Shown in pieces: positions 50,921-62,745 of a stretch of DNA of 64,000 nucleotides; the stretch's first letter is position 1; the number at the start of each line of letters is the position of its first letter. This stretch comes from Nemertoderma westbladi (Eukaryota; Animalia; Xenacoelomorpha). A program made the position numbers and the translations under genes. The notes beneath the pieces were generated by a model. The model was given only the letters and a program-made list of their open reading frames with translations. It did not search any database and was not told where the DNA came from. The stretch covers positions 1 through 64,000 of the forward strand of contig JAUCBJ010007442.1 of the NCBI GenBank assembly GCA_032718475.1. Direction: 5' to 3'.

Positions 50921-53900
50921 TATCGTTCGGAGTGGGCGTGTGACTCTATTATTTTATATTATTTTATTATTTTTATATTTATGTATGTATTACTATGTAA
51001 TTTTATTATAATCGTTTTATTTAATTTAGTAGAATATTATTTAGCGATTATTTAGTAGAATAGTGCAATATATTCGTGTTTATTGCGTACGTAATTACTT
51101 ATATTATATTTAGTGTGACGGTGAGAAACAAGTGTTTTTCTCTTTCCTTACTGTCCGTATTATACTATAAATACGTAACTACAGTAAGATGAAATGTCCG
51201 TACTTATTAAAGTACAATAAAGCCACTACTATATTCAAGTATTATTGGTAGGCAGAGTATTAGGAATGCAAAGTTCAGATCCTCGTGTCTCGGCTAAACC
51301 AAGCTCTGGGTAGACCTTGGAAACGACTTGCCTCTTCACACTGACATTGCTTCGTGCGATATTGCTCTCATACCGTATATTAAATAATACATATAGTAGC
51401 GTGATGTCCCTTTAACAGTAGCGTATAACGCAAAATAAATCTGTTAAACCCTTTGACCATCTGTAATTCTAGTCGATTAAGATATCGCGGCACCCACCGA
51501 TATACTTGAAAGACAAATTCTAGAATCAGTGGTTAACGTCCCCAGACAAGTTCTGGAATAAATCGGTGCCCATCTCAAATATTAATTATTTAATATTTGC
51601 AAATCTAATAAATCAAAATCTGTAAAATTCAGATCCTTCAACAATTCTAGTCAATTAAGATATCGTAGCATTTACCGATATTCTTAAAAAGACAATTTTC
51701 ATAGAATTAAGGATCTTGTGTCCCCAGACATGTTCTAGAATCAAAATATGTCAATTTAATTATCAAATAATAAAATTTCAGGGAATAAATTTAAATTCAT
51801 GCCTTTTAATGAATTTAATAAATTGCCATTTTTACGCAATTTATAACATTCCCAAAATTCCATTAATTAATAGATCAAGGGAGCGGAGATTTATCTTATT
51901 ATGCGTATGAGTGTGCGAAAGTCTCCCAAACATAGTCAATAGCCGATAAAATTCATAAAGCCATGTATAAAACAGGACATTGACCATTAAAGAATTACTA
52001 TTAAATAACATCCCAGATCTGTATGCATGAGAATTACCCTAATTCTACCGCTAGCTTTACATAATGTCACCATAGCAACAACCACGCTAGAATTAGAATT
52101 GAGTTAAAAGAACAATAGAAAGCTTGTCCCATTGAATAGCATAGGGAATAAATAGCGCACTGCTAGTATCCAAGGATACATAATAATACAGTGACATTCT
52201 GGAAGGCATTGACTAACGGACAAATGGCCCGAGTGTGTGTAATTTGTGACAAGTTGTGTGTGTGGTATTTGTGAGTTTATAGGCGAATGTTACTACTAAG
52301 GTGTGTTTACAGTAGCGAGTCGCAATTGTGAAAGTAACCCTAACTCTCCAGTAAGAACCTGAGGTGTATCTAAGCCTTTGGGACGGACAGTCGAGTGACT
52401 TGTGCCGGTTGTCGTTGTCGTTGTGCGGCTACGTCGTTGGCGAAAGTACAGCGGCGACGACACATCGGCGCTGAGGATCTCGCACTGTCCGGGGGCTGAG
52501 TGGGGTAGGCAGCGACGCTCGCTAGCCTAAATATAAACTCATTATAATATTAATAAACTCATATATAGCAGATATGACGGAGTTGATAGAAGATGGTCTT
52601 GGTATCAGGGAGCGATATACTCTACTTTCAAGCGTTTGTTGATAGCTTGATACGCGGTGATACTAGTCCAACTACTACGGAGGATGATGGTCGTTATATC
52701 GAACCTACGATTTCCTGGAAGTAACTTACGCGTGAATTGGACTATGGAAAATTCACCGCTCGCTACACGCATTGTAATGGTATGTATATGGACTTCTTAA
52801 CCATTGGCCATTCTATCGATTTACACGATACGGACTATGTCGAACATATCCTACCCAGAGGAGTCGAAACGATAAACCAAAATTCTAATGCGAAAATCCT
52901 ATTCGAAATCGACTCGAAAGAAAAGACATTAAAGAAACAAATAAACGCGGTAACTCCAACATATATTTGGAATTCTTGATAGAAGCATTGTAACAACAAA
53001 TAAATATCATCCGCGTTTCCCCTACCAGACGTGCGTCTTTGGTATTATTACGATAAATGCCCTAGACCCAGCCAGTGGACGGAAAGACATAAACATCCAC
53101 GGAAACGTTGTGTTAAACACAGTTGTGCTCGTTATATTTACTGGAGTTTCGAGCGAAACTTGTTTGACGTATCACCTATGCTCACTCGGCTCGAACGATC
53201 CTGGAGTAAACCTACGATCAGAGTCCCGGAATACTCGGTCAAACCTCCTCATTCCTTAGTTGGACCTCAGACCTGCGATCCTGGTGGTGTCGCGGATCCT
53301 CGCGGACTGTATTCACTGTTCAAAGATCTAGTGCTACCCTAACAATTAATCGGTAACACTCCGACAGTGATTTCTAGCTAGCCGCCCATCTTACCTAGCC
53401 GGATTGTGACGCGGACACCTAATATCACTAGCCATCCGTATGGTCGTCCCCGTTTAACGCGATACAACCCTTCATCAAGGTGAAGGAGAGCATTGTACGA
53501 AACGAGTTAAACGCTATTCTATAAAGATCAAAAAGGAAACCTGCGTTTGTTCAGATAAACATAAGTTATAACAGTAAGTCCAATCGATAAACGAATTGGC
53601 CTTATCTCAGTTCGATTGGGAAATCTCGAATCTCTAAGAAGATATCAAGCTTAGAAAACCCTATTCTCTGCGAGAGTTTTGGACGAACGTATCCCATGAC
53701 AAGCGGAGGAAAATCAGCTCGAGGAGAAGCATATCGAAATGGACGAGACACCGACCGTAAACCCAAACCTTCTAATGCAATTGTATTGCACCCTTTACCC
53801 AGGAGTTATAGCCTTTCTAGTAAAGTGGCTCGCCCCAAAGAGAAAAGGACTCTTGCTGGCCTCGGGAAACTGCGTGAACGCCGTCCGCGCAAGAAAAACT

Positions 53901-53980
53901 AACTGTTTAGAGTATCTTTATGTTTTAGAAACTGTGATTTTTATATTTTATAGACTGAAAATCCCATTTTCTGGGAGCGG

Positions 53981-55162
53981 TGTAAAAGCCTTTGCTGAAT
54001 TGCCCCGTTATTTTTCTTATTTTTCCATTAGAGTACTCTGTAGTTGATTTAATAGGCGTAAGAGACCGTACGTATTATTGCTGTATCGGTGTTTTTTAGA
54101 GGATCTAAGAGCTATTTCCTCCGTATGTGTACTGTGGAAGGCATAGTTGATGATTCTATGGCAATTCCGTGACGCAAAAGGGGCTAGATACTCTTGAACA
54201 GTAGTTACTATGACGACGGTTAACAGCTGATATTCATACGTTTCTTTGTTCTACGGCGTCTCTTAGTTTAGTCAACCAATCAGAGCGTTTTTACGGCTCT
54301 TGTACAGAAATTTCCGAGAAATCACGCAATGCATTATGGGCAGTGTTATCATTCTGTTCTGAGCCAGGAAAGAACGGCTTTTAGAATATTTGTGTTTTTC
54401 TGCTTTTAGCCTAACACTAGTAGGCTTAATTATAAGGACATATATCCGTTATCTACACTATCCATAACTTAACATATCATACATATCTTACTTAACATTA
54501 CTGCTTTTGCTGTCGGTTATTCATTATCTTTGTTGATGAAATATTATATTTGGAATAACGAGAAATAACCCCGAAAACCCAATATTCTTGATATACCGAA
54601 GGTAAGAGAGACAGGTTACATATAACGATTGTGACTTATGTTAAAGTGGTTTGAAGTGAATCTAATGTTATTTGATAGACCCTACATGATTCGGTCTGTG
54701 TTCCTTTTATATGTGACTAAAATCAGTGAAGATCGGCAGATCAGTGTGCAGTATTGTGCAGCATTGTGTATGAGTGAGACTGATAACGAAGCATTTCCTA
54801 AAGAATGCGCCATATATGTGAATTATAACTAGGCCATATCGTTGCATGTAGTTTAAGTCATAGCTCTGTTTATATAGATAGAGCGCCACGTCCAAAAGGA
54901 ACTGTTAATATTCCCCGAAGGTGAATAATATTGTCAGAGATTATAATACTGTCAGTCGAATAATACATTAGGCTTACATAGCAATAAGATTAAGCCGTCG
55001 AAGTCAATCTCCCGGGTATATCCAGCGGGTGAATGATCGCGCACGGATTGGTTTCAACTAGTGTAGTGAATCAAATACTTGTCAGAGGCTAAAAGCGATT
55101 TATTATCTAGAAGACATCCTAATTTGGCGGGTTAAACTGCCAAAGGTCTGAAAGCGCGAACA
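53981..55162 (+). repeat. 3' LTR (1182 bp)
   Basis: Matches the 5' LTR with a few substitutions and three small indels. Confidence 0.95.
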
Positions 55163-55916
55163 CTCCCTCACCGACTCACCCAATCAATGTATTACCTCCC
55201 TCACCGACTCACTCAATCAATGTATTACCTCCCCCACCGACTCACTCAATCAATGTATTACCTCCCTCACTGACTCACCCAATCAATGTATTACCTCCCT
55301 CACCGACTCACTCAATCAATGTATTACCTCCCTCACCGACTCACTCATTCAATCAATGTATTACCTCCCCCACCGACTCACTCAATCAATGTATTACCTC
55401 CCCTCACCAACTCACTCAATCAATGTATTACCACCCTCACCAACTCACTCAATCAATGTATTACCTCCCTCACCGACTCACTCAATCAATGTATTACCTC
55501 CCTCACCGACTCACTCAATCAATGTATTACCTCCCTCACCGACTCACTCAATCAATGTATTACCTCCCTCACCGACTCACTCAATCAATGTATTACCTCC
55601 CTCACCGACTCACTCAATCAATGTATTACCTCCCTCACCGACTCACCCAATCAATGTATTACCCCCCTCACCGACTCACTCATTCAATGTATTACCTCCC
55701 TCACCGACTCACTCATCAATGTATTACCTCCATCACCGACTCACTCAATCAATGTATTACCTCCCTCACCGACTCACTCAATCAATGTATTACCTCCCTC
55801 ACCGACTCACCCAATCAATGTATTACCTCCCTCACTGACTCACTCATTCAATGTATTACCTCCCTCACCGACTCACTCATCAATGTATTAACTCCTTCAC
55901 CGACTCACTCAATCAA
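55163..55916. repeat. 33-bp minisatellite (about 23 copies)
   Basis: Unit CTCCCTCACCGACTCACTCAATCAATGTATTAC; starts immediately after the LTR terminal CA. Confidence 0.97.
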
Positions 55917-56527
55917 CACAGATTCACTGCAGGAGCAGATGACAGCCATCAACCTGCGGTTCCTAACTACCGGTACCTGACTACTGGACTACTGCAGTAC
56001 TGTAGTCTGCTGTCAATGTGTATTGCGTAGTGGCTTACGCTCATAGATAGATAGATTTATTTATACATTATGTAAAAAACAATAACAAATACACCAAACA
56101 ATGTACCGGTATAAAGGTATCGGTAAAGGCTCACGCCTACCATCAACCATACTGCCATACCTTTCACCCCACCCCACACCAAGGACTACTGAGTAGTCAT
56201 TGCTTCTGCATGCAGGTATGTCTGGATACGTGCTGACGTGTACACTATCTTACAGTCTTATGCCATAGCCCATAGGTACTGCTAAAATGCTGCTAAGCCT
56301 GTCCTACCTCTACTGCTCTACCCTGCCATAAGACTCTACGGGTACGATACCTAGTCTGCTAGTACAGTAGTACTGTAGTAGCTAGTACCTGCCTACACCT
56401 CCACGATATCGTATCCTGCACCTGCAGCAGTCCTGCACCATCTATTGAGTGACTGACCAGCTGACTGACTGACGTTTGGAGTTGACAAACACCCACAAAT
56501 ATAAATAGCCAGCGGCCCGTTTCAGCT

Positions 56528-57243
56528 ATGAGTTCCAACATGTATCGTATAGGCGATTACGTTTTCTTCGAGACGTCGTCGGGCGGACCCTACCAGATCC
56601 GCCGGATTGAGGAACTCAATAAAACCCCCAACGGTAACGTCGAGGCCAAGGTCCTTTGCTTCTTCCGACGACGGGATATCTCCCAGAGTCTCCTGCAGAT
56701 GGCGGACAAACACGCGGAAGAACAGGAAGAAGTGGCCGCTGTTGACGACGTTGTTTACAACCAGAAACACCAGCTGAAGCACCGAGAACTCTTCCTATCC
56801 CGGCAGTTAGAATGTCTACCAGCGACACACATCCGCGGAAAGTGTAGCGTTAATCTGTTCAGCGAGGTGGAGGAGTTGAAATCGTACAGCGACCAGTCGG
56901 ATTCGTTCTACTACACGCTGGTTTACGATCCGGTGCAGAAAACATTGTTAGCCGATAAAGGCGAGATACGAATCGGGGAAGAATTCCAGGCGGTTGTAAC
57001 CGATACGATCACCTCAAAGGATGACACCAGGAGGTTGGAAGAATTGGAGAAACTTATCTGGAAGGCTGATTACTCGCTGGAGGAATCGGAGATTGACCAG
57101 TACCTCGTTACGGCACGGTCTATTGGCACATTCGCCAGGGCTCTCGATTGCAACAGCTCCGTTAAACAACCCAGTCTACATATGAGCGCAGCTGCCGCCT
57201 CAAGGGATATTACTCTGTTCCACGCCATGGATATGTTACACAA
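56528..57243 (+). CDS. MTA1: Metastasis-associated protein (MTA1/2/3 family, NuRD subunit), first coding exon: BAH domain and ELM2
   Basis: [12 protein letters not shown]...[38 protein letters not shown] and [26 protein letters not shown] donor at 57244; candidate acceptor TTTCAG just before the ATG. The symbol denotes the family, not strict orthology. Confidence 0.95.
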
Positions 57244-57395
57244 GTAAGTTAATTGGTGACTATAACTGTGTAACCGTATTAGGTCCATTATTCGCAGAGG
57301 ACCTTTTGTTAGATCATTTGGTTAGATCGAATGGCAGAAGGGGTGTTTTTCTCAGAATCTGAACCTCTCCTGTAATGGTTTACTTCTACATTCAG

Positions 57396-57552
57396 GTCCA
57401 ACTACAACCTATCCAAGGCGATGTGTTCTCTGGTACCGCAAGGGGGGCCGGTACTCTGTCGTGATCAGATGGAGGAGTGGTCCGTTTCCGAAGCCAACAT
57501 GTTCGAGGAAGCACTTGAGAAGTACGGAAAGGACTTTACCGACATCCGACAG
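57396..57552 (+). CDS. MTA1: MTA family coding exon 2 (end of ELM2, start of SANT); gene continues beyond the window
   Basis: TTCAG acceptor, phase-2 join, [53 protein letters not shown], then a GTAATT donor. Confidence 0.93.
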
Positions 57553-57830
57553 GTAATTTATTAGGACACAACATCTACCGTCCCTTACGTGGCTACTTTA
57601 TAATTTTTCCCTTATTAACTGGACGCCTTTCTTTCATAATATTGGTTTTAACTAATGTTGAATCTAACTGCCTCAAGTATTAGTGAATAATGGAGTTGGA
57701 AGTCAGGAACTCTGTACCAATCGAAATTAGGACAAAAAAATCAAAACCTTCGTTCTCTGCATCTTATAAACATTCTTATTTTTAACTTGTTAAATCTCAG
57801 AAACAAAAGTAATCACAGCTAAAGGAAAAT

Positions 57831-57984
57831 TGTGATTTTTCACCCAGTGATTTTTCACCCAGTGATTTTTCACCCAGTGATTTTTCACCCAGGTGATTTT
57901 TCACCCAGTGATTTTTCACCCAGTAATTTTTCACCCAGTGATTTTTCACCCAGTGATTTTTCACCCAGTAATTTTTCACCCAGT
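57831..57984. repeat. 15-bp tandem repeat (about 10 copies)
   Basis: Unit GTGATTTTTCACCCA. Confidence 0.95.
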
Positions 57985-58373
57985 ACTTGTCCTTTACTCT
58001 TCCAACGCCAGCCCCCAGGCCCTGTGTTACTGTAACTGAGAGGGTCGATAACTGTCACCGCATGTACTGTAGCTGCGCTGCCCACCTGAAACCATCCAAC
58101 CCCCGCCACCCAGTCATATCGCTGCGAAATGTCGCACGAGGTCGAAAACACCGGAAACATGAATGCAACTAGTGGAGTGTGTCAATTATTTAAAAGTTAT
58201 ATATGTTTTATTTTTCTTTCTTTTTCATCACTATTATTTGCGTATAACATCATTTAATTAATATTCCAATCTATGTTATACTTATTTATAATAATAGTAA
58301 TTTATTAGAATTAATTAGAATATTAACCCTTAAACTGGTCAAAACTCTTATGAGTTTTGGGAGGGCCAATTCC

Positions 58374-59135
58374 ACTTGGTGAGAATTTGTCCCAATGGTT
58401 GTATCTGACTTGGCGAGAACTCTGTCCCATGGTTGTATCTGACTTGGCGAGAATTTGTCCCAATGGTTGTATCTGACTTGGCGAGAATTTGTCCCAATGG
58501 TTGTATCTGACTTGGCGAGAACTCTGTCCCAATGGTTGTATCTGACTTGGCGAGAATTTGTCCCAATGGTTGTATCTGACTTGGCGAGAATTTGTCCCAA
58601 TGGTTGTATCTGACTTGGCGAGAATTTGTCCCAATGGTTGTATCTGACTTGGCGAGAATTTGTCCCAATGGTTGTATCTGACTTGGTGAGAATTTGTCCC
58701 AATGGTAGTATCTGACTTGGCGAGAATTTGTCCCAATGGTTGTATCTGACTTGGCGAGAATTTGTCCCAATGGTTGTATCTGACTTGGCGAGAATTTGTC
58801 CCAATGGTTGTATCTGACTTGGCGAGAATTTGTCCCAATGGTTGTATCTGACTTGGCGAGAATTTGTCCCAATGGTTGTATCTGACTTGGTGAGAATTTG
58901 TCCCAATGGTTGTATCTGACTTGGTGAGAATTTGTCCCAATGGTAGTATCTGACTTGGCGAGAATTTGTCCCAATGGTTGTATCTGACTTGGCGAGAATT
59001 TGTCCCAATGGTTGTATCTGACTTGGCGAGAATTTGTCCCAATGGTTGTATCTGACTTGGCGAGAATTTGTCCCAATGGTTGTATCTGACTTGGTGAGAA
59101 TTTGTCCCAATGGTTGTATCTGACTTGGCGAGAAC
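58374..59135. repeat. 34-bp minisatellite (about 22 copies)
   Basis: Unit GAGAATTTGTCCCAATGGTTGTATCTGACTTGGC. Confidence 0.97.
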
Positions 59136-59362
59136 TCATATTTGAGTTCTCTCAAGTCTATTCCCTCTTGGTGGTTCTTTTTTAAGAAGAATTAGTTGAC
59201 TTGGTGATAATTCATGAGTTTATGAACCAACGTCTGGACTTGGTAGAGATTATATTTTTCTGCTATTCCTCCTTGGTGAGAGTTTTTCATATATTTATAT
59301 TTTAAAGCTCAAAAAATTTTATGTAAAGTTAAGAATTGAATGCGGAATTATGTCAGTTTGTA

Positions 59363-61038
59363 CTACTACTACTAGGTCGAGCGAACTCCGACAGTGGAAA
59401 TGAGATCCTTCCAGGTTGTCGCAATTTCGTTTCTCCCAAGTTCAGTATCCCTTTCAAGTTGATCTATATATGTTATGGCAGGTCGTCCACGACTACGCTT
59501 TCCATGAGTTGGTTGGCAGAGAAGTAGATCTGGTATGACCTCGTCTTTACTTCGCCAGCAGTGCCCACTGAATCTTAATCTGCGTTCACGGAGGGTGGTT
59601 GATACAGGTGGTATTGTACCATAAAGCTCGGCGTTTGTCATGTGTTGTCTCTAGCTGATGTTTAGGGCTGCCCTTAGTAGTCTTGTGTAGCAACCATCAA
59701 TTCGTTGTTCAAGTGATTTAGTCAGTGTCGAGGTCTCACCCCCGTATAAAAATACACTTTCCACTGTGGCTCGAAAGAACTTAGTCTTCAGGTGCCTGGA
59801 GAGATCTGATTTCCAGATGGTATCCATTTTTGATAAAGGCTACCCAAGCCTTTGCTTTCCTAACTTCTATGTCCTTTTTGCTACTCTCTATCTATGATCC
59901 AAGGTACTGGAAGTCATCGACCTTCCTTAGTTGATTATTATCAATGGTTGTCAAGTTTCCATCAACATTAAAGGTCATGAATTCGGTCTTTGTAGCATTT
60001 ATATGCAATCCAACCTCCTTAGCAGCCCTCTCCACTTTATTTAGTAGAAGCTGTGCATCTGCTAGCGTATTAGAGAGCAGGGCGATGTCATCCGCAAAGT
60101 CGGTGTCTGTGACTGTAGTTGCCGGATATCTACTACATCTGCGTTCTTGAAGTGTGAATCCCAGATCTTCACCCTTTGTGGCCGTCCTCATTGCGTAATC
60201 CAGCACAATTACAATAGTAATGGTGCTAATGTGTCACCTTGCAGTACCCCAGCCAGGATTGAGAAAAACTCAGTTTCACCATCTGGTGAGAGTACCTGCG
60301 CTTCTGTGTCACAATATAACAATCCAATGCCAGCAACAATTACTTCCGGTATTCCATAAGCTCTTAGGATTTCAAGCATTTTACCTCTATGGATGGAGTC
60401 GAATGCCTTCTTGAAGTCCACAAAAGTCATGACTGCGGGGAGATTCTTTGACTTAATTCCTTCAATCAGTCTCCGTAGTGCAAGTATCTGAGCTATTGTT
60501 GATCTACTTGGTCGAAATCCGTTTTGGCTCTTACGCAGTAGTTTCTCTATGTGAGGCCTAATCCTATATAGAATCATTTTATTGTATATTTTGGCAGCTA
60601 CAACAAGCAGACAGATCCCACGATAGTTTGTTGGTATGCCGAGGTCTCCTTTCTTGGGGAGAGGCTTTAGTTGACCTTTAGTCCAAATTGGTGGTGGCTT
60701 TTCCCCTTTTAACATCCGGTTGCAAACATTCAATAATGGTATGTTTAGCACTCCGGTTTTCCATACCTCCGCTGGGATTTCATCTAATCCACTAGTTTTA
60801 TTATTGGACATGCTTTTAATGCTTCTTTGGAGTTCGGCAGGTGTGAAGTCCCCTGTTTCTATAGGTAGTATCTTGTCATATATTTTCCTTGTAGGGCTGA
60901 CCTCGATGTTTGGTGGCTGCCCAAGCAAGTTGCTGAAGTGATTTTTCCACTTCCCAACACGTTCTTCAGGACTATCGGCTTTGAGGCGCCCCTTTGCACA
61001 ACTTTTCCGACCAGATACCTCATTTACAGTTTGCCAGG
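59363..61038 (-). mobile_element. 5'-truncated RTE-clade LINE (RT with frameshift and stops)
   Basis: NYRGICL, QNGFRPSRST, FVDFKKAFDS, GVLQGDTLAP and FADD; (TAG)n tail; 14-bp TSD TATGTCAGTTTGTA at 59349-59362 and 61039-61052. Confidence 0.95.
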
Positions 61039-61690
61039 TATGTCAGTTTGTAATTCATAAAAAGAATGGCTTGAAAATTATTCGAACATTCTATGAATGT
61101 AAAAATCTAAGTGTTGAAATTTTTTTTATCGAATAAGACTAATTATTTTAAAAAATAGCTGCGAATTAGTAAATTAGCGATAGACTGCGTAATTTTCAAC
61201 TTCAGAGGCCGTTAAGAAAAGAAAATTACCTTCAACCTGGTGCTTATAGTTTGACTCTGTAACTTATAATAATGAAACGGCCATTAGTTAAAATTAGACA
61301 ATTTTCCCACGCTTTACTACCGCGTTGTTTACCATATAGCCGATTCAACTACTGTTGTAAAGCTCATCAACAGCCCAATACAATGGGCCTGGTGATGTTG
61401 ACAGAAAAGTCAATGCCTCCTTCCTGGCAGCTGATAAACAAAAGTATACCCGAAACTCATATGTGAGTTTATACCAAGTCTGAATAGATTCAATAATTCC
61501 CACCAAGTAGAACTAACAATCGCAAAACTCATATTTGAATTTTCACCAAGTGGAGATGGCATTTAGGAAAAATCGTCACCAGGGTTAAGGGTTAAAGAAA
61601 GGGAATTTCATCTGAAAAAAGAAGCGATTTGAAATTCTGCTAAAAAGTCATTTTTGCTAAAAATTTATTTGGGTTTTTAATTAAAGCTAA

Positions 61691-61994
61691 GTCACTTGGT
61701 TCGAGCTCGAGTTACAGAGTATCCACCCGGAATCGAGCTCGAGTTACAGAGTATCCACCCGGAATCGAGCTCGAGTTACAGAGTATCCACCCGGAATCGA
61801 GCTCGAGTTACAGAGTATCCACCCGGAATCGAGCTCGAGTTACAGAGTATCCACCCGGAATCGAGCTCGAGTTACAGAGTATCCACCCGGAATCGAGCTC
61901 GAGTTACAGAGTATCCACCCGTGGTTCGAGCTCGAGTTACAGAGTATCCACCCGGGTCACTTGGTTCGAGCTCGAGTTACAGCGTATCCACCCG
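61691..61994. repeat. 32-bp minisatellite (about 9 copies)
   Basis: Unit TCGAGCTCGAGTTACAGAGTATCCACCCGGAA, containing the palindrome TCGAGCTCGA. Confidence 0.95.
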
Positions 61995-62285
61995 AAATTT
62001 ACTATTGATTTCTACCCTACGATTAAACTATTGCGTTGTATAAAAAACGGTATTTTCAGACACCGACCTAGTTTGATGCGTGTGGCCAAACCCAGAGCGT
62101 TTCAAGAATATTGACAACCCAGAATTGTCGTATGCATGATACCATTGCATAAATGACGCTAATTGATACTTTAAAAGGTGCTGGATGGGAAGAATTTTAG
62201 ATCGTGATATATTTCGAAATAGCTGCTTTGTCTATCGGAATACATTATACGTTAACTTAGGTGCTGCTAGCTGAACCCCAAGTAA

Positions 62286-62745
62286 TTAAACAGCGATAGG
62301 GTGCACAAGGGTGAAATAGAGTGTACGTAAAAGTTGTTGTGTGAAAATCCTCTGAACTTTGATATTTTTGATAGGATTTGGTCTAGGTGGATACCAATTC
62401 ACTTTTTGATCCAGTAGAACTCCAAGATATTTTATGCTATTGTCTTGGTTTAATATGGTGTTGCCTACACTAATTTTCACATTTGTATTTTGGTTGGAGT
62501 AAATAATGTATTCCGTTCCGTCTTTTTGTGGCACCTGAAGTGTTAATAATCGGTTTACCAGTAGCCAATACCGTAAAATTAATGAATCCTTGTTTGTTTC
62601 TAAGCACAAGGTATCTAGATTTGAGTTTCTTCATATGAAACTGGCATCGTCTGCATAGAGAGTCGTTTTTAAGCGTTTTTGTGGCGTAGGATAAGTCGTT
62701 AACACACAGAAGGTACAACAGGGGTCCAAGGAGGCTCCCTTGTGG
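62286..62745 (-). pseudogene. Degenerate CR1/L2-like LINE reverse transcriptase remnant
   Basis: Across frames: QGSLLGPLLYLLCVNDL, TLYADDA, TEYIIY, IKYLGVLLDQKVNW and LRTLYFTLVHP. Confidence 0.85.

Larger units (their letters stand above)
39429..55162 (+). mobile_element. Full-length BEL/Pao LTR retrotransposon (15.7 kb)
   Basis: Two TG...CA LTRs; order gag (three Cys/His knuckles), PR, RT, RNase H, IN; purine-rich GGGAGCGG just before the 3' LTR. Confidence 0.95.
58327..61591. mobile_element. piggyBac-like non-autonomous element containing a minisatellite and a nested RTE
   Basis: TTAA|CCCTTAAACTGGT ... ACCAGGGTTAAGGG|TTAA; subterminal motifs ACTTGGYGAG and AACTCATATTTGAGTT on the left recur inverted on the right. 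Confidence 0.75.

Noticed and set aside
40099-54895. Duplicated small ORFs at 40099/54638 and 40168/54707
   Set aside because: They lie inside the two LTRs; the duplication is explained by LTR identity and they have no recognisable domain.
55286-55980. Repetitive 160-201 aa ORFs
   Set aside because: Translations of the 33-bp minisatellite, open in all three plus-strand frames.
57797-59155. Repetitive ORFs (GEKSL, SPSDF, QIQPLGQ repeats)
   Set aside because: Translations of the 15-bp and 34-bp tandem repeats.
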